Assembly: GCA_000165425.1 (NCBI GenBank)
Contig: CT868031.1
Span: forward strand, 1-64,000
Length of the DNA stretch: 64,000 bases
Source: Paramecium tetraurelia
Taxonomy: Eukaryota
Reading direction: 5' to 3'
Shown piece by piece: positions 12,930 to 25,215 of the stretch. Position numbers and translations under genes: made by a program. The notes beneath the pieces are model-generated. The model was not told the origin of the DNA. It worked only from the letters and a program-made list of their open reading frames with translations, and ran no database searches. Position 1 is the first letter of the stretch; every line of letters begins with the position of its first letter.

Positions 12930-14307
12930 ATGAAGAGATATGCTAACTTAGGAAAGGTCTTATATATGAATATAGTTCTAACATTTCATTTATCTTAATG
13001 CTTGGCTTTGGCCAGTCTTTTGCCTCAAATTGTCGATTAGAACAACTATTCATACTTAGGCGGTCTAGGATTGATTTGTATATATACAGTAAATCTAATT
13101 TTCAACCTAGTTGGTATGATTATAATATAATAATGTTAGCCCCACTTTATTTAACTAAAATGAAATACCGATACGGATTTGCTTTTTAAGCAGGATTAGT
13201 ATTGCCTTCTTTTATTCCTGCTTATATTATATCAAGGTGTGATGGAAATGATGTCTAAGATTTAATTTGCAACCCAATTATATTGATTCCTCTAACTTTG
13301 ATCGGATGTGTCTTTTTAGGAGCAGGGTTGGGCGGATATTTTGTTCTCTAAAATACATATGTTAGTCACTGTTCCACAGACAAAAATAAGCAGTTGTTTT
13401 TTGGTGTAACTTACATGTTACTTGGAAGTTCATATTTGTTGAATGGGGTGACTTCTAATTAATTATTATCATACATAGGTCGAGAGAATTACTTTTTGTA
13501 TAGTGGATTGTTTGAGTGCATATTATCTCTATTGTTTATTTTCGTTTAACAACCCGATAAGGGTAATCAAAATTAAATTTCTGAAGCCAATCAATGTCTC
13601 ATCCAGAATGATTCTGTTGATAAACCTGAAGAATAGATGGCCAACATTAACAAGAAGTTTGCCAAAATAGGATTCAAAGCATAAATCAAGTAGATTAAAT
13701 AAAAATTTTAATTGAAGGAAATGAAATTTTTGTTTTCTTTATTTATTTCTACAGGTGTAGTTGTAGGTTTTGAATTTGGGATCTTTCATAAATTTATTTC
13801 AGCATCTCTACCTGGCGAAGATGAGATAACAGTAAATGTTAAAACAGCCAGAATCTTTCTATTTGTTGGAGTGGCTTAAATATTGAGTGGGATCTGTAAT
13901 GGGGTATCTAGATACTTCTTTGGAATTATTTAAAATTCAATCTTTTATGGGAATGTGTTCTAATGCTTGAATATAATTTCTATTATTAGTGCATTTTAAT
14001 AAAATTATAATATCAATATCATTTTAGGCTTTTTGATGTATGAATTTTATTGACATTTTTTAGAGGATTTACAGACAATTCAGGATAATTCAATTCCGCT
14101 GTCATCATCTCAGATATTTGGAATGAAGATATGGCAATTTTTGGTTTATATTTATTTTGTCAAAATTTTGGAGTAATGTTTACCAATCTTGTTGCTATAT
14201 TTCTTGACGGATAATCCCTATTTTATTATTTGATATTGTTGATTGCTCTACAATGTGCTACTAGTTTTTCATAACAATAATTTAAAAGATCATTAGAAAA
14301 AGAATGA
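12930..14307 (+). CDS. MFS transporter, UNC-93-like
   Basis: Many TM helices; GCVFLGAGLGGYFVLQNTYVSHCSTDKNKQLFFG. Confidence 0.75.
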
Positions 14308-14334
14308 TTACATAATAAGAAATATTTATATTTT

Positions 14335-16095
14335 TCATTATTCTTCTGCTTCATCCTCAATGACATAGTCTGGTGGAAGGATAATTCTGATAAAGTCTTC
14401 CATTCCTAATTTTCCATCTTTGTCCAAATCATGTAATCGAAATAAATCTTCAACTTCTTTACCAGTAAAACCATAAGTAAAAGTCTTTTTAAGATCTTCC
14501 AGAGATATATCTAATTTTAGTATAAAGATCTATCTTACATCCTTTGTTGTCTTGATCGATCAAATCATAAATCTGTTTGATTCTGATCATACTGCTCTTT
14601 GGTAATACTCTCTTTCTTTTCAATTGTTTTGTATCATTGTTTTTAAGAACTTCCAACTCGATGCTTTCCTTAGAACTCTTAGAGAAAACCTCATTATATT
14701 ATTTGATCCAATTATTAATAATTTCCAATTACAATTTTGTTAATGAAGGGTAAAGTTTCAGCATCAATTAGTCAAAAGTGACAAATCCCTTTTATTTCGA
14801 ATCTAAGTAATTGTACAGACTAGCTGTGACCCTTTTCATGTGAGGTTTATTCTAAAACGCTTTTGTAAAATCCTTAACACCAATAACCTTATTATTATCA
14901 GATAGCGAGTCAAAATAATTCTTTACTCGAAAGATCTCATTCCTTGTTAATGTGCACCCTTTAGTTATAATAATGTTTTTCATTATCCTACCTTAGCTTT
15001 TTATTCTCTTGCCTAATGAAATAGGATTTTAAGCAGGATGATGCAGACTTTAAGATGGTTTTTCTGTTGATAAATCATATTTCTTTTGGTGTTAATCTAA
15101 TGCTTTTTCTAAAATATTTAACTCTTCCAATTCTTCTTCCATATTTAATTATTTTTAAGCTTAAATTTTAGGTAAAGACTAATTTCTTTATTATTAGATA
15201 GAATATATTTATTGTTATTATTAACTTTTTGTATTTGCCATATAACTAAATTTATTCCTTTTACCAACTTAATCATTAAGGCTTTTCATATAGTATTCAT
15301 TCTTATTGGATTTAGTTATCATTTCTAACATATTCTCTGCCTCTTGTTCAGTGTAGGCTCGAAAAGAACGAAATGCTTCAAAGGGCTCTTGTACCTTCTG
15401 CTTAGGTTCATACATTTGAAATAATTGTAAACCTGTAGGATTATTATCCAGCCACTCTATTATCCTAAGGTTATGTAATGTATTACTCGCTGAGCTCCAA
15501 TGAATTATCTACTTAGATATCACTTTTGAGAAACATTAATTTTGCGAACTTCTCCAATTAGATGTAAGATGGTAACTCAGCTTCTGTTAACTTGCAGTAT
15601 CCTAATATAATCGATTTAAATATAATCAGTAGCTCATTAAGACTTATGTTTCCACTACAATCTAGGTCGAAAACGATATACAAGACTAGCAATTATGTTG
15701 AGCTTAATAAATACAATGAACTTTGTGGATATATTGGGTGTAGGCAGTAATTGTCAGAATACATATTAATTCATAAATGGAGAGAACTTTGTTTCCGACA
15801 CAAAATTAATCGAAGATAAAGCTTGCATTTGATCTGCTAAAAGGTACAATCTTACAGAAAATGTTTTTATCAATAAACGGAGAAGTTGATCTTCTCTGAA
15901 ATTATTCATATACCTATCTGATTTCCATCAATGACCCTATTATACTAATTTTCCATTACAATGCAATAGTTGTTTAAGGTTTGGATTGACTTCTTTTGTA
16001 ATGTCAAATTTCAATTCCATCCTCCTAAGATGCATAGGAAGATTGCTTATAGTACCAGTCTCGTCAGCATTAGGATTTGATGAAACACTTCCCAT
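14335..16095 (-). CDS. Multi-EF-hand calcium-binding protein with an N-myristoylation motif
   Basis: Starts MGSVSS; EF loops FDLDCSGNISLNEL, DSKQKGFVTFDQL, DQDNKG.ISLEDL, DLDKDGKLGMEDF; frame continuous through a Gln-rich linker at ~15140-15260. Confidence 0.8.
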
Positions 16096-16268
16096 TAATA
16101 AATAATAACAATATAATTAAAACTGACTAGATATATCTATTCTTTTTTAATGCTTTCGTAGTGATAATCATAAAGTTGTTCTAATTTTAAAGGTTTTTTG
16201 GAGATTCGACATTTGATATTAGTATCGAAAGTAAAATTTTATGATATTAATTTTCGTTAAAAATAAAT

Positions 16269-16631
16269 ATGCTATATGTTTAGGAAAGCAGTGGTTACAG
16301 GAAATCTGTACGAAATAGTTTATCTTCCAGTCGAAATCAATCAAAAAAGAAAAAAGCTAGTTAATAATGTGAAGATATTTTACTTAATATCAATTCAATG
16401 ATGAATAGATTAGATTACTTGCAGTAGGCAATTGAAAATAGAAATCAAGAGACTAGAGCCTAGATAAAGAAATACATACCTCCAAATTATTACATCTAAG
16501 AAGCTTACTTTACAGAAGATAAAGAAAATAATTATGAAAAGCTGAATTGTTATCATTTAATGAAGAAATTTGAAACAGAAAAAAATCATCCTAGATCTGA
16601 GTTTTCTCGAAGAAGGTCATTTGCTAATTGA
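16269..16631 (+). CDS. Hypothetical protein (120 aa)
   Basis: Intronless ATG..TGA frame MLYVQESSGYRKSVRNSLSSSR...RRRSFAN. Confidence 0.6.
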
Positions 16632-16745
16632 GAATCTTTAGTTAGACTTAAATTATCAGCTTAATTTAATTTTAAATTATTAATTACAAATAACAAAGAG
16701 AAATGATGGTGGTATTATATGATAATGTTCCATAAATTGACTAAC

Positions 16746-17427
16746 TCAATCTCTCTTTTAGTTTCCTCCTCCTCTTGTTCTATTTCCTTATGGTCTTCTT
16801 TAACCTCTGTTATCTCTATTGTCTCTGTTGTCTCTATTATCTCTGTTATCTCTATTGTCTCTGTTATCTCTATTGTCTCTGTTATCTCTGTTATCTCTGT
16901 TGTCTCTGTTATCTCTATTGTCTCTTCTGTTTGTATTTGGTCTGGCATCCTTTCTCACATATTCAATATCAGAGTATTTCTTGCCATTTTAGTTGACAAC
17001 AACTAAATCATCCTGATATATAAATTGCATATTTACTTTTTCAGGAGTTATGCGTCCGAATTAATCAAGTGAGAGTCTGTGTCTTTCTTATATGACTTCA
17101 GACAATCCGTTTCTCCATGCATAACATTTACCTTTCTCAAGAATATTGGCATATTCTCCAACAACTCTGAATCTGATGACTCCTGTATCATCTCCAGCCA
17201 AACCTTCAGCAACAACCAAAAGTGAACCGTCATATCTTTTAATTTATTCTTTCTTGATATCTTCAACCTAGGATATAGATATTTTATTCTTACTTTGACG
17301 AAGGTATTATATCCATGAATTCCTGGTTTGACATCGCTGAGTTTGTCAACTAGTAGGTTAAACTAATACAAATACATTTTGGTTTGGTCAATTGACGAGT
17401 TTAAGGTGGTCTATTTTAGGAAGCCAT
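16746..17427 (-). CDS. OB-fold nucleic-acid-binding protein (SSB/At4g28440-like) with an (RDN)n tail
   Basis: KPKFDKLSDVKPGIHGYNTFVKV...VAEGLAGDDTGVIRF...RNGLSEVIQERHRLSLDQFGRI...YSDIEY; 3 introns. Confidence 0.8.
16806..16925 (-). repeat. Coding 9-bp tandem repeat (AGA GAY AAY) of about 13 copies
   Basis: TCTCTGTTA/TCTCTATTG/TCTCTGTTG units on the + strand. Confidence 0.95.
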
Positions 17428-18083
17428 TGAATAAATATATTAAAAGATTTAAATACCTTGATTAATATTTAATTTTTTTTTGAGATTTATATTGTAAAAA
17501 CATATGGTGTACACAATTCAAAACAAAATAATTATTAATTAGACAAAGAAATCTTAATAATTTCCTATTATTCATCAAATATCTGAAAAACCCTTACTCC
17601 TTATCATGCAAAGTTGAACACTTTATGTTATAGAATCCTTTCAACTTTTTTATTCTGTGTTGATGCGTAGCATAATTTACTAAATGAGATATAGGTCTTG
17701 AATTTAGAAAAGCCCAAATATTTCTTATTGTTTCTCTCTAGTTTATAACATAAAATAACTAAGTATAATTTCTAATATTTTGTTCTATATCTTCAAATAA
17801 AGTGATAATAACTTTATCAATCTTAGCCTTGGCATTTATACTTTTATACTAGTGTCCTGTTTCTTTTCAAATTATCTAGACTTAGTAATCTGTCGATGAT
17901 TTTACCTGAAATAGTAAAAATATGAGATTAATTAGATTAATATTTTAATCTAAAAACTTACTGTTGCTCTTATGTTTTACTTCCACTACCAATTGTAATA
18001 TATTTCAAAGTTTTATAATAATATGTATATATGTCACAACTTAATCAATTTTATTAATCATTTAATCTTTATTAATTAATTTG

Positions 18084-19358
18084 ATGATGAATTATATTTC
18101 CACCATCTTAATAATATGCTTATCTTTGCAAATAACATATTCAACTCATACACTCAACTTAGTCTAAGATGAATAAGCCTTATGCTTGGATGGATCAAGA
18201 GGAGTATTATTTTTTTATAATTAAAGTCTTTTTATTTCGATAGAGGAAGTGGAAGTGGAGCTAAGTCATGGATTATTTATTTCCAAGGAGGAGGTTGGAT
18301 TGGTGGAAGCACTTTGGAAGCTACAAAGAATAGTGCTTTATCTAGATCAAAAACAGATATAGGGTCATCTAAAAATAAGGCCCAATCAGTCAATATAGGT
18401 GGAATCTTCTCAAGGGATTCTAAAGTAAATCCTGTTTTGTACAACTGGAATTCCATTTACATCAACTATTGTGATGGAACAGGTAATTATTTAATGTAAA
18501 TCTCTTAGGACATTAAGGATATGCCAAAGATCCAATCGTTGTTAGTGGAACCAATATTTATTTTAGAGGTAATTCAATTACAAGATCTATAATAAATTAA
18601 TTTTTGGATGAATTGAAATAAGCTGACAAAGTGATTGTATCTGGATGCTCAGCAGGTGGATTAGCTTCTTTTACTTGGGTATAAACTATTAGAGATTTAT
18701 TACCACCAAGTGTAACCGTATTAAAGTATTTTACTTTATGTATCTAGTGTTCCAGATTCCGGAGTGTTCTAGGATTTGTCAACCTATGATGGTTCCATTA
18801 CTTATAAAAATACATATCATACTAACTTTATGTAATTGTCCAATAAAGAAATTTCTCCCCCAAATACTCAATGTGTCTAGTCAAATCCTAATGAATAATG
18901 GAAATGCTTATTTGCCCAATATTTAATTGAGTACATTGATACTCCAATTTTCTTTGTGCAATCCCCATATGATTCATGGTGTATCCCAAATATATTGAAG
19001 TTATCATGTGCAAATGATGGAACCTTATAAAACTGCAATCAAAGCTAAGTTAACTTTATAGAAAGTCATGCCATAAGTATGGAAGTGATGATGAAATCAA
19101 GATTTTCGACTCATTTTAATACTGGAGGATTTGGTCCTGCCTGTTTATAACATTGGTAAATATAGTGTTAATTGTAATAGTTTCCTAGAAGGTTCAAACT
19201 ACTATGGAACTAAGTTCTAAGTCCCAACTGGATCAGGAAACACTATTGCTAAGACTTTGTCTGCCTGGGTTTTAGATTAATCAGTTTCTTCTAATTACTT
19301 AGATAATGTATCATGGCCTGATAATGTTGGATGCAATAATTTATCAATAGAGATGTGA
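18084..19358 (+). CDS. Pectinacetylesterase/Notum-family secreted esterase
   Basis: Signal peptide; CLDGS, FQGGGW, YNWNSIYINYCDG, IYFRG, GCSAGG nucleophile motif. Confidence 0.92.
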
Positions 19359-19397
19359 GTTAAAATTCATATAAGCAATTTAATTATTATTATTGTT

Positions 19398-21121
19398 TCA
19401 TATAAATTATAATTTTTCATTTTATTTTCTTAATTCATATATTTTCAATCTTGCCAGCTTTGTGTTCTTTTAATCTTGTGAAGTAATAATTGATCTATGA
19501 TTGATTAATTTATCTTCTTATTTTTGGGTTCTTTAATTTAGATTCAACTGCTATTGGTTTTTTAGTTGGTTCATCTTTGTAGCCATGTTGTGTTGAACCT
19601 ATACTAAGAGTTCACTGATTTTTGATTAGCATGCTTAGCAAATCCAGTTCTTTTAACAAGATATATGATATGAATGGCCACAATTAAATGTCACTACATT
19701 TTCTATCTCTATAAATAACTGTTTTTATAACCTCCAATCTAATCAATTATCATGTTTCCTAATAATTAGCATTATTAACATATTATTTCAACTCTCTTGC
19801 CTTAATTTCTATTTTTATGGAGTATATCCTTTATTAGGGTATTTGTTTTATTAATTTCAATATTGCCAAGCCTTAGAATATGCTAATAACAATGGAAATC
19901 CAAGAAAACAGCTCTGAAACAATAAAATTGAAATCCTAAATTTAGTTTCGAGTAATTATTGATCAATTCATCAATAAATAACTCAACATCCGTGGAATAC
20001 AACAATTTAATTAGAATCTCAGGAGTATTCGTTCTAAAATGATTGATGATCGTTAATATTTCAATTTTTGTATTGTCTAATTTATAAGCTTAATACAACA
20101 TTTATTACCAATCGATAATTTGATTGAATACTTAAAAATACAAAATATCAATATTGTTGTGCAACTTATTGTTATCTAGAAGTATTTTCATATTGTTTAA
20201 TAGCTATTATAGAGTAGAGATTAATTGACTAAGATTATTAATTATTAAATATGGTTTCTTCCTCTTGGATATTTATACAGGCAATCTCACCACCTCTCTT
20301 AGATAACGTTTCAATAGATCATCCATGAATTCTAAATAAATCTAAATGCTTTCATCCACCTTGTTCATCTTCTCTAATAAGATAGCAGTTCCCTCATAAA
20401 TATTATAAGCTTTTGTCAAATAAATAGAGTCGAAGATTGGATATTTACCAGATCTTAAAAAGTTAGGTACCTGTTCGGGTTTGTGTTTGCACAACAATTC
20501 TACATGCTTTACTAAGATTTGAGACTCAGATATATCATGCCAAATAAAATTGATATAATCTAATTGGAATTAAGGATCATCTATAGAGTCGATAACTTCA
20601 TTGTACTTTTATTAATGGTGCGATTGTATTTATGTTTCAGAATGCAATAGTTAATTTAAAGTAATCTAAGTGATAATAATTAATTTCAATACATCTAATA
20701 GTTATTTTTAAATTTCTTTTTATTAGTTATCTTGTTATAATTTATTCCAATACCATGATTCCAATTCTAAATCATTATCTACTTCATCTTCCTCTTCTGG
20801 ACATTAATTGCAATCATTAGAACTCTTTTCAGATTTACTATTACACTCATTTTATGAGTTTTCTTCCTCCTCTTCTTCTTAGCTTTCTTCATAATATTCC
20901 ACTTCTTCCTCATTTTCATTGTCGTCCTCTTCATCCTCCTCATCTTCTTCTTCTTATGAATTCTGGGCCTCATGTTCTGAATTACTTGAATCTTCATCGG
21001 AATTCTCACTTTCACTCTTTTCTTTTTATGGTTTATTTATAAATGCATTCATAATTGAATTTTAAGGTGGAGGTTTGTCATCCATTACAAATGATACAAA
21101 TTTAGAAAATAAGCTACTCAT
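19398..21121 (-). CDS. Vps8/Vps41-like helical repeat + RING-H2 protein with an acidic N-terminus
   Basis: LVKHVELLCKHKPEQVPNFLRSGKYPI...YEGTAILLEKM; C-terminal CQQC...FNCGHSYHISC...CQAC. Confidence 0.6.
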
Positions 21122-21154
21122 TATGATTAAATAATTTATATTTATTAAGCTAAG

Positions 21155-22374
21155 ATGAGTCTTATGACAAAAAGAATATTAAAAGAACTTGAATAACTTA
21201 GAAATGATCCACCATCATCCTTTGTGGCTCAATGCATAAATAATAACCTATATGAATGGCATTTTACAATAAGGGGTCCAGAGGAATCTGATTATGAAGA
21301 AGGAATTTATCATGGAAAAATAGAGCTTCCTGTTGATTATCCAATCAAACCTCCCAACATTTATTTTTTGACTCCAAATGGTAGATTTGAAGTGAAAACC
21401 AAAATTTGTTTAAGTATAACAAAGTTTCATCCTGAAAATTGGAATCCAAGTTGGACAAGTAAAATCTATTATACATTTTCTTTAGTTAGAACTATGATAG
21501 AAGGAATTATATAGCATTTTCATGTGTCAGACTTTGCAGTGGGTTCAATAAAATACACGTCAACTTAAATAAAAAGTTTAGCTTAAGCAAGTCATAAATG
21601 GGAATGCGAACTATGTGGGCCCATTGCGAAATAAATTGCTCCTAAAATCAAACAAGAAAAGAAGGAGCAATAGCCATAACCTAAAAAAGATGAATAAATT
21701 TAAAATAGGAATGAAGATAAAAAGCCTGAAAATACAAATATATTAAATAGCAAAAATTCAGAATAGGATTAATAGAAATCTCCATAAGCAAAAGAATAGT
21801 CATAAGTGAAAGAATAACCATAAGCGAAAGAATAAGTCCAATAATAATAGAAATAGGTGATTAAATAAGCAGAATAAAAATAAAAGAGAGAAAGCGAGAG
21901 AAAAAGAGAGATGTAAGAGAATGATTATTCTGATGATGAATAAGAGATTCCTATGACTAAAAAATAAACAGTGGAGTTGGAAAGACTTCTTTGGAAGGCT
22001 ATCAATCCAGACTTTTTGTAAAATCATTTTTCATTGAGAACTTAGAATTAGTAATAAGATCATTTTCATCCATAATAACTTCAGTACTTCGATTAAAGTA
22101 ATTCTATATCATATGATAAACAGTTTATAAAATGATGGAAGAGGAGGACAAAGTCTAAAAGTCTTTAGTGCTTAATAAGCAAAGAGATTAAGAGGTCAAT
22201 AAGAGAGAAGCTGCAGAGGAAGTTGAGAAGCCATAAGTAGTAAATATAAATAAATACTAATCCTAAATTAAGTTGATAAATATAATTCTATGGGCTTTAA
22301 TATTTGGAATTGTGTTTGTAAATTTCGGAGAACAAATTGAATAGAAGTTTAAAGAATGGTTGTTAATTGAATGA
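21155..22374 (+). CDS. UBE2J1: Ubiquitin-conjugating enzyme, E2 J1/Ubc6 type, with a C-terminal TM anchor
   Basis: EWHFTIRGPEESDYEEGIYHGKI...TPNGRFEVKTKICLSITKFHPENWNPSW; hydrophobic IILWALIFGIVFV near the end. Confidence 0.88.
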
Positions 22375-22407
22375 AATTTATTATTTTAATATAATATTGG
22401 ATGTAAA

Positions 22408-22830
22408 TCAGGATATCATTTGTCTAAATACTGATTTAGTAATAGGTTGATCCTTAACATTAGTGTATTGGATCATAATCTTCATGTCTTGATCAGTCAA
22501 TCCGAATTTGTATTTCTAATTGGCTGCTTTTAATCCTTCGAAAGTGATTTTGCCTTTGCCTTATTCTAAGACTTCATAGATGCAGTCGAAGTTTTCAGGT
22601 TCAGACAATTCGAAGTTGAATTGTTATGAAAATTCGTCTTAATCCAATTTCTAATTTTTCCTCCTTTGTAATTTCTTTAATAATAAGGAGCATTGTTCTC
22701 CGCAGGCAGCTTCAACAACTGGGATAAAGTCTTCCACGATCAGTTTCTCCTCAAAAGCATCGACAAATTCTTAGTATAATTGTTACACTTCTGGTGTTTA
22801 TGAATAATCGAACTCTTTTTGTTAAAACAT
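22408..22830 (-). CDS. Divergent centrin/EF-hand-like protein (140 aa)
   Basis: IYEVLEQGKGKITFEGLKAANQKYKFGLTDQDMKIMI resembles the centrin C-lobe. Confidence 0.6.
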
Positions 22831-22859
22831 TGCTTATAATAATTAAATATTTAGATATC

Positions 22860-24246
22860 ATGAATAAATATTCACCTGATGGCCTAGTAAATTTATAATA
22901 AATTGTAATAGAAATGCCTTTTAGGTGCAGTGTTAGTAAAGGCAGGATAAGCACTATTAATGACATGGGGAAAGTCTAATGTTTATTATTATTCATATTT
23001 CAAAATGAATGATCCTGACTTGTCAGTTGCCTACAACACATTACCAATCGCATTAATGGGTATACCATTGGCAGCGGCATCAGTCTATTCATTAAAGATC
23101 GCTGATAGAATAGGCTATGAGAAACTAATAAAGATCACGACATCATTATAATTTTTGTCATTCCTCCTAGCGTTACACGCTAACTCTTATTTGGAGTTCA
23201 TAATATTTTATTTGGGTTTTATTGGCTTAGGATACGCATTAATGGCATTTCCATTGTTGAAATGCTTATGGAGTCACTTTTCAGAGGAGGAAGGAATGGT
23301 CACAGGCATTTTATTTGGAGTATTTGGATTCGCCACTTTTTTCTATCTGTTGTTGGTTACATATATAGTGAATCCCAATAACGAATAAGCCACTCTATCA
23401 GTAATGGTTTATTTATTACATAGATGTAAGTAGGTTCATAGTAGTATCTGTATTTCTCTGAGCACGTTGCAGTTAACACACATGAAGCCATTAAGTATGC
23501 TGGATTCATAGCAGGTACTTTAAGTGTCTGTGGCAGTCTATTAATAAACTAAAGAAAATTGGAAGGGGCAGAAGAGTAGGAATTATAGATTTTGACCAGT
23601 GAAATCTAGAACATTAAAATTGCTTCAAATGATCCTCTTTTGCAAGTGGTCAGAACTCCCTAATTCAAAATAATTCTGGGATCTTACTTTACTGTTTTCT
23701 TTTTTGAAGTAACATTGGGATTAAACTATAAAACATATGTTCTACAAAAGGTAGATATATATTTATAGTTTAAGAGATTAATAATGATCAATTGATTACA
23801 TGGGTTGACACACTTGGAATCATTCTTGGATCAATTGCTAATTTCGTCTTTGGTAAGATGGCTGATTCGATTACATTCACTGTCTTACTCCACAAATTAT
23901 TGATAATGATGAGTATAATAGCTGTAATGATTCCGATTTCTTTGAATATTTCAAAAGATTTATTCATTATTGGTAAGTTTCTCATCTAAACATAGATTAT
24001 CTATTATTATCCATTGTATCAAAAGGAATTATAGTAATCTTAGGTCCAGGATTACTGTAGATTTTTGGCAAGAAAACAGGTGCAGATATACTCCCAATAG
24101 TCAATTTTAGTGGATTGTTAGGCTTCATTATATCAGCTCTCTCAATATTGCTAATAGTCCCAATGTTGAGATTTGATGGCACATTCATTTTCCAAGGTTT
24201 ATTGATCGGATTAGCTGCCTATAGTACTAAAAAGCTCAATTAATGA
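22860..24246 (+). CDS. MFS transporter (oxalate/formate antiporter-like)
   Basis: About 12 TM segments; TWGKSNVYYYSY, LWSHFSEEEGMVTGILFGVFG, YIVNPNN. Confidence 0.85.
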
Positions 24247-24302
24247 ATGATTATAATAATATCCATTTATTACAACTAAAATTTAAAATAAATAAAATAA
24301 TC

Positions 24303-25036
24303 ATGAGTAATTATGTGATCAGTGCAGCAGATCAACTAATCATTCAATCAGGTAGAATCAACTATCCAACTCCTAGGAACACCATTTAATTGTGAAATTG
24401 TACATCCAGGTAAATCTTGTGAAATGAACATTTTATCTAAGTATTATTGGAAATAACTTATTAAAGTCTTCCTCGAATTATGAGATCCAATTCTAAAGTG
24501 TACTTGCCAGTTCATCTGATCCCATTTCTACTTTACAAGCGAAAATAATTCATGAAGAAGTAACAATAATACCCTTAACCAAATAGTCCTTTATCAACAT
24601 TGGGCAGAGCACTTGTTTCATATTTTAAGAGCATATGTTTCCTCTCCTTTATGGTTCAAATCCTCCGTTACAATTGGTGCAAACAAAAAAATCTCCTTAA
24701 AAAGGTTGATCCATTTGTTCCATTGTCTGGTGGTTTCATAAGCTCATTTGCTCTTCTTCTTGAGTCTAATACTAGGTATTTTTGGAATCTAAATGTAGAG
24801 CAATGGAAATTTGTTTAAGCATTGTTCCGAGATTTTGCGAAACAATTATAAACCTATTAAAGAGCAGGGGGAAGATGATAGACATTCCTCGAGGGGATGT
24901 TATTGTTTTCTCATTTGTTATCGCCATCATCCATTACTATTATTAACATGATGTAATATAGCTTGTTTAACAATAGCCAAAATCTTTAAAAAACACATAT
25001 TACAAAGTATTTGAAAAAATATGGGGAATAAATTGA
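24303..25036 (+). CDS. TMEM135-like membrane protein
   Basis: CEIVHPGKSC...VYLPVHLIP...KSICFLS...GGFISSFALLLESNTRAMEICL. Confidence 0.75.
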
Positions 25037-25215
25037 TTCTATAATTTGTATTTATTGGAATAAACATTATTCATTCGTTTTATTTGTTGATTTAGATAGC
25101 TTGTACATTTGTGCTTAAATGAGGGTGAGTTAATATTTGTAAAAATTGTCAAACACTAATAAAATTTAATTATAATATTTTTAATAATTTTATTTCATAT
25201 TACATTGCTAAGTAT

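Noticed and set aside
16806..16925. Repeat array as a possible CRISPR
   Set aside because: Contiguous 9-bp units with no spacers, in a eukaryotic coding context
16715..17006. Three overlapping repetitive ORFs in the track (TEI-, ISV- and CYL-rich)
   Set aside because: They are alternative frames of the RDN repeat; only the RDN frame is continuous with the OB-fold exons
20779..21042. Lys/Met-rich and His/Leu-rich ORFs in the track
   Set aside because: Shadow frames of the acidic N-terminus of the 19398-21121 gene
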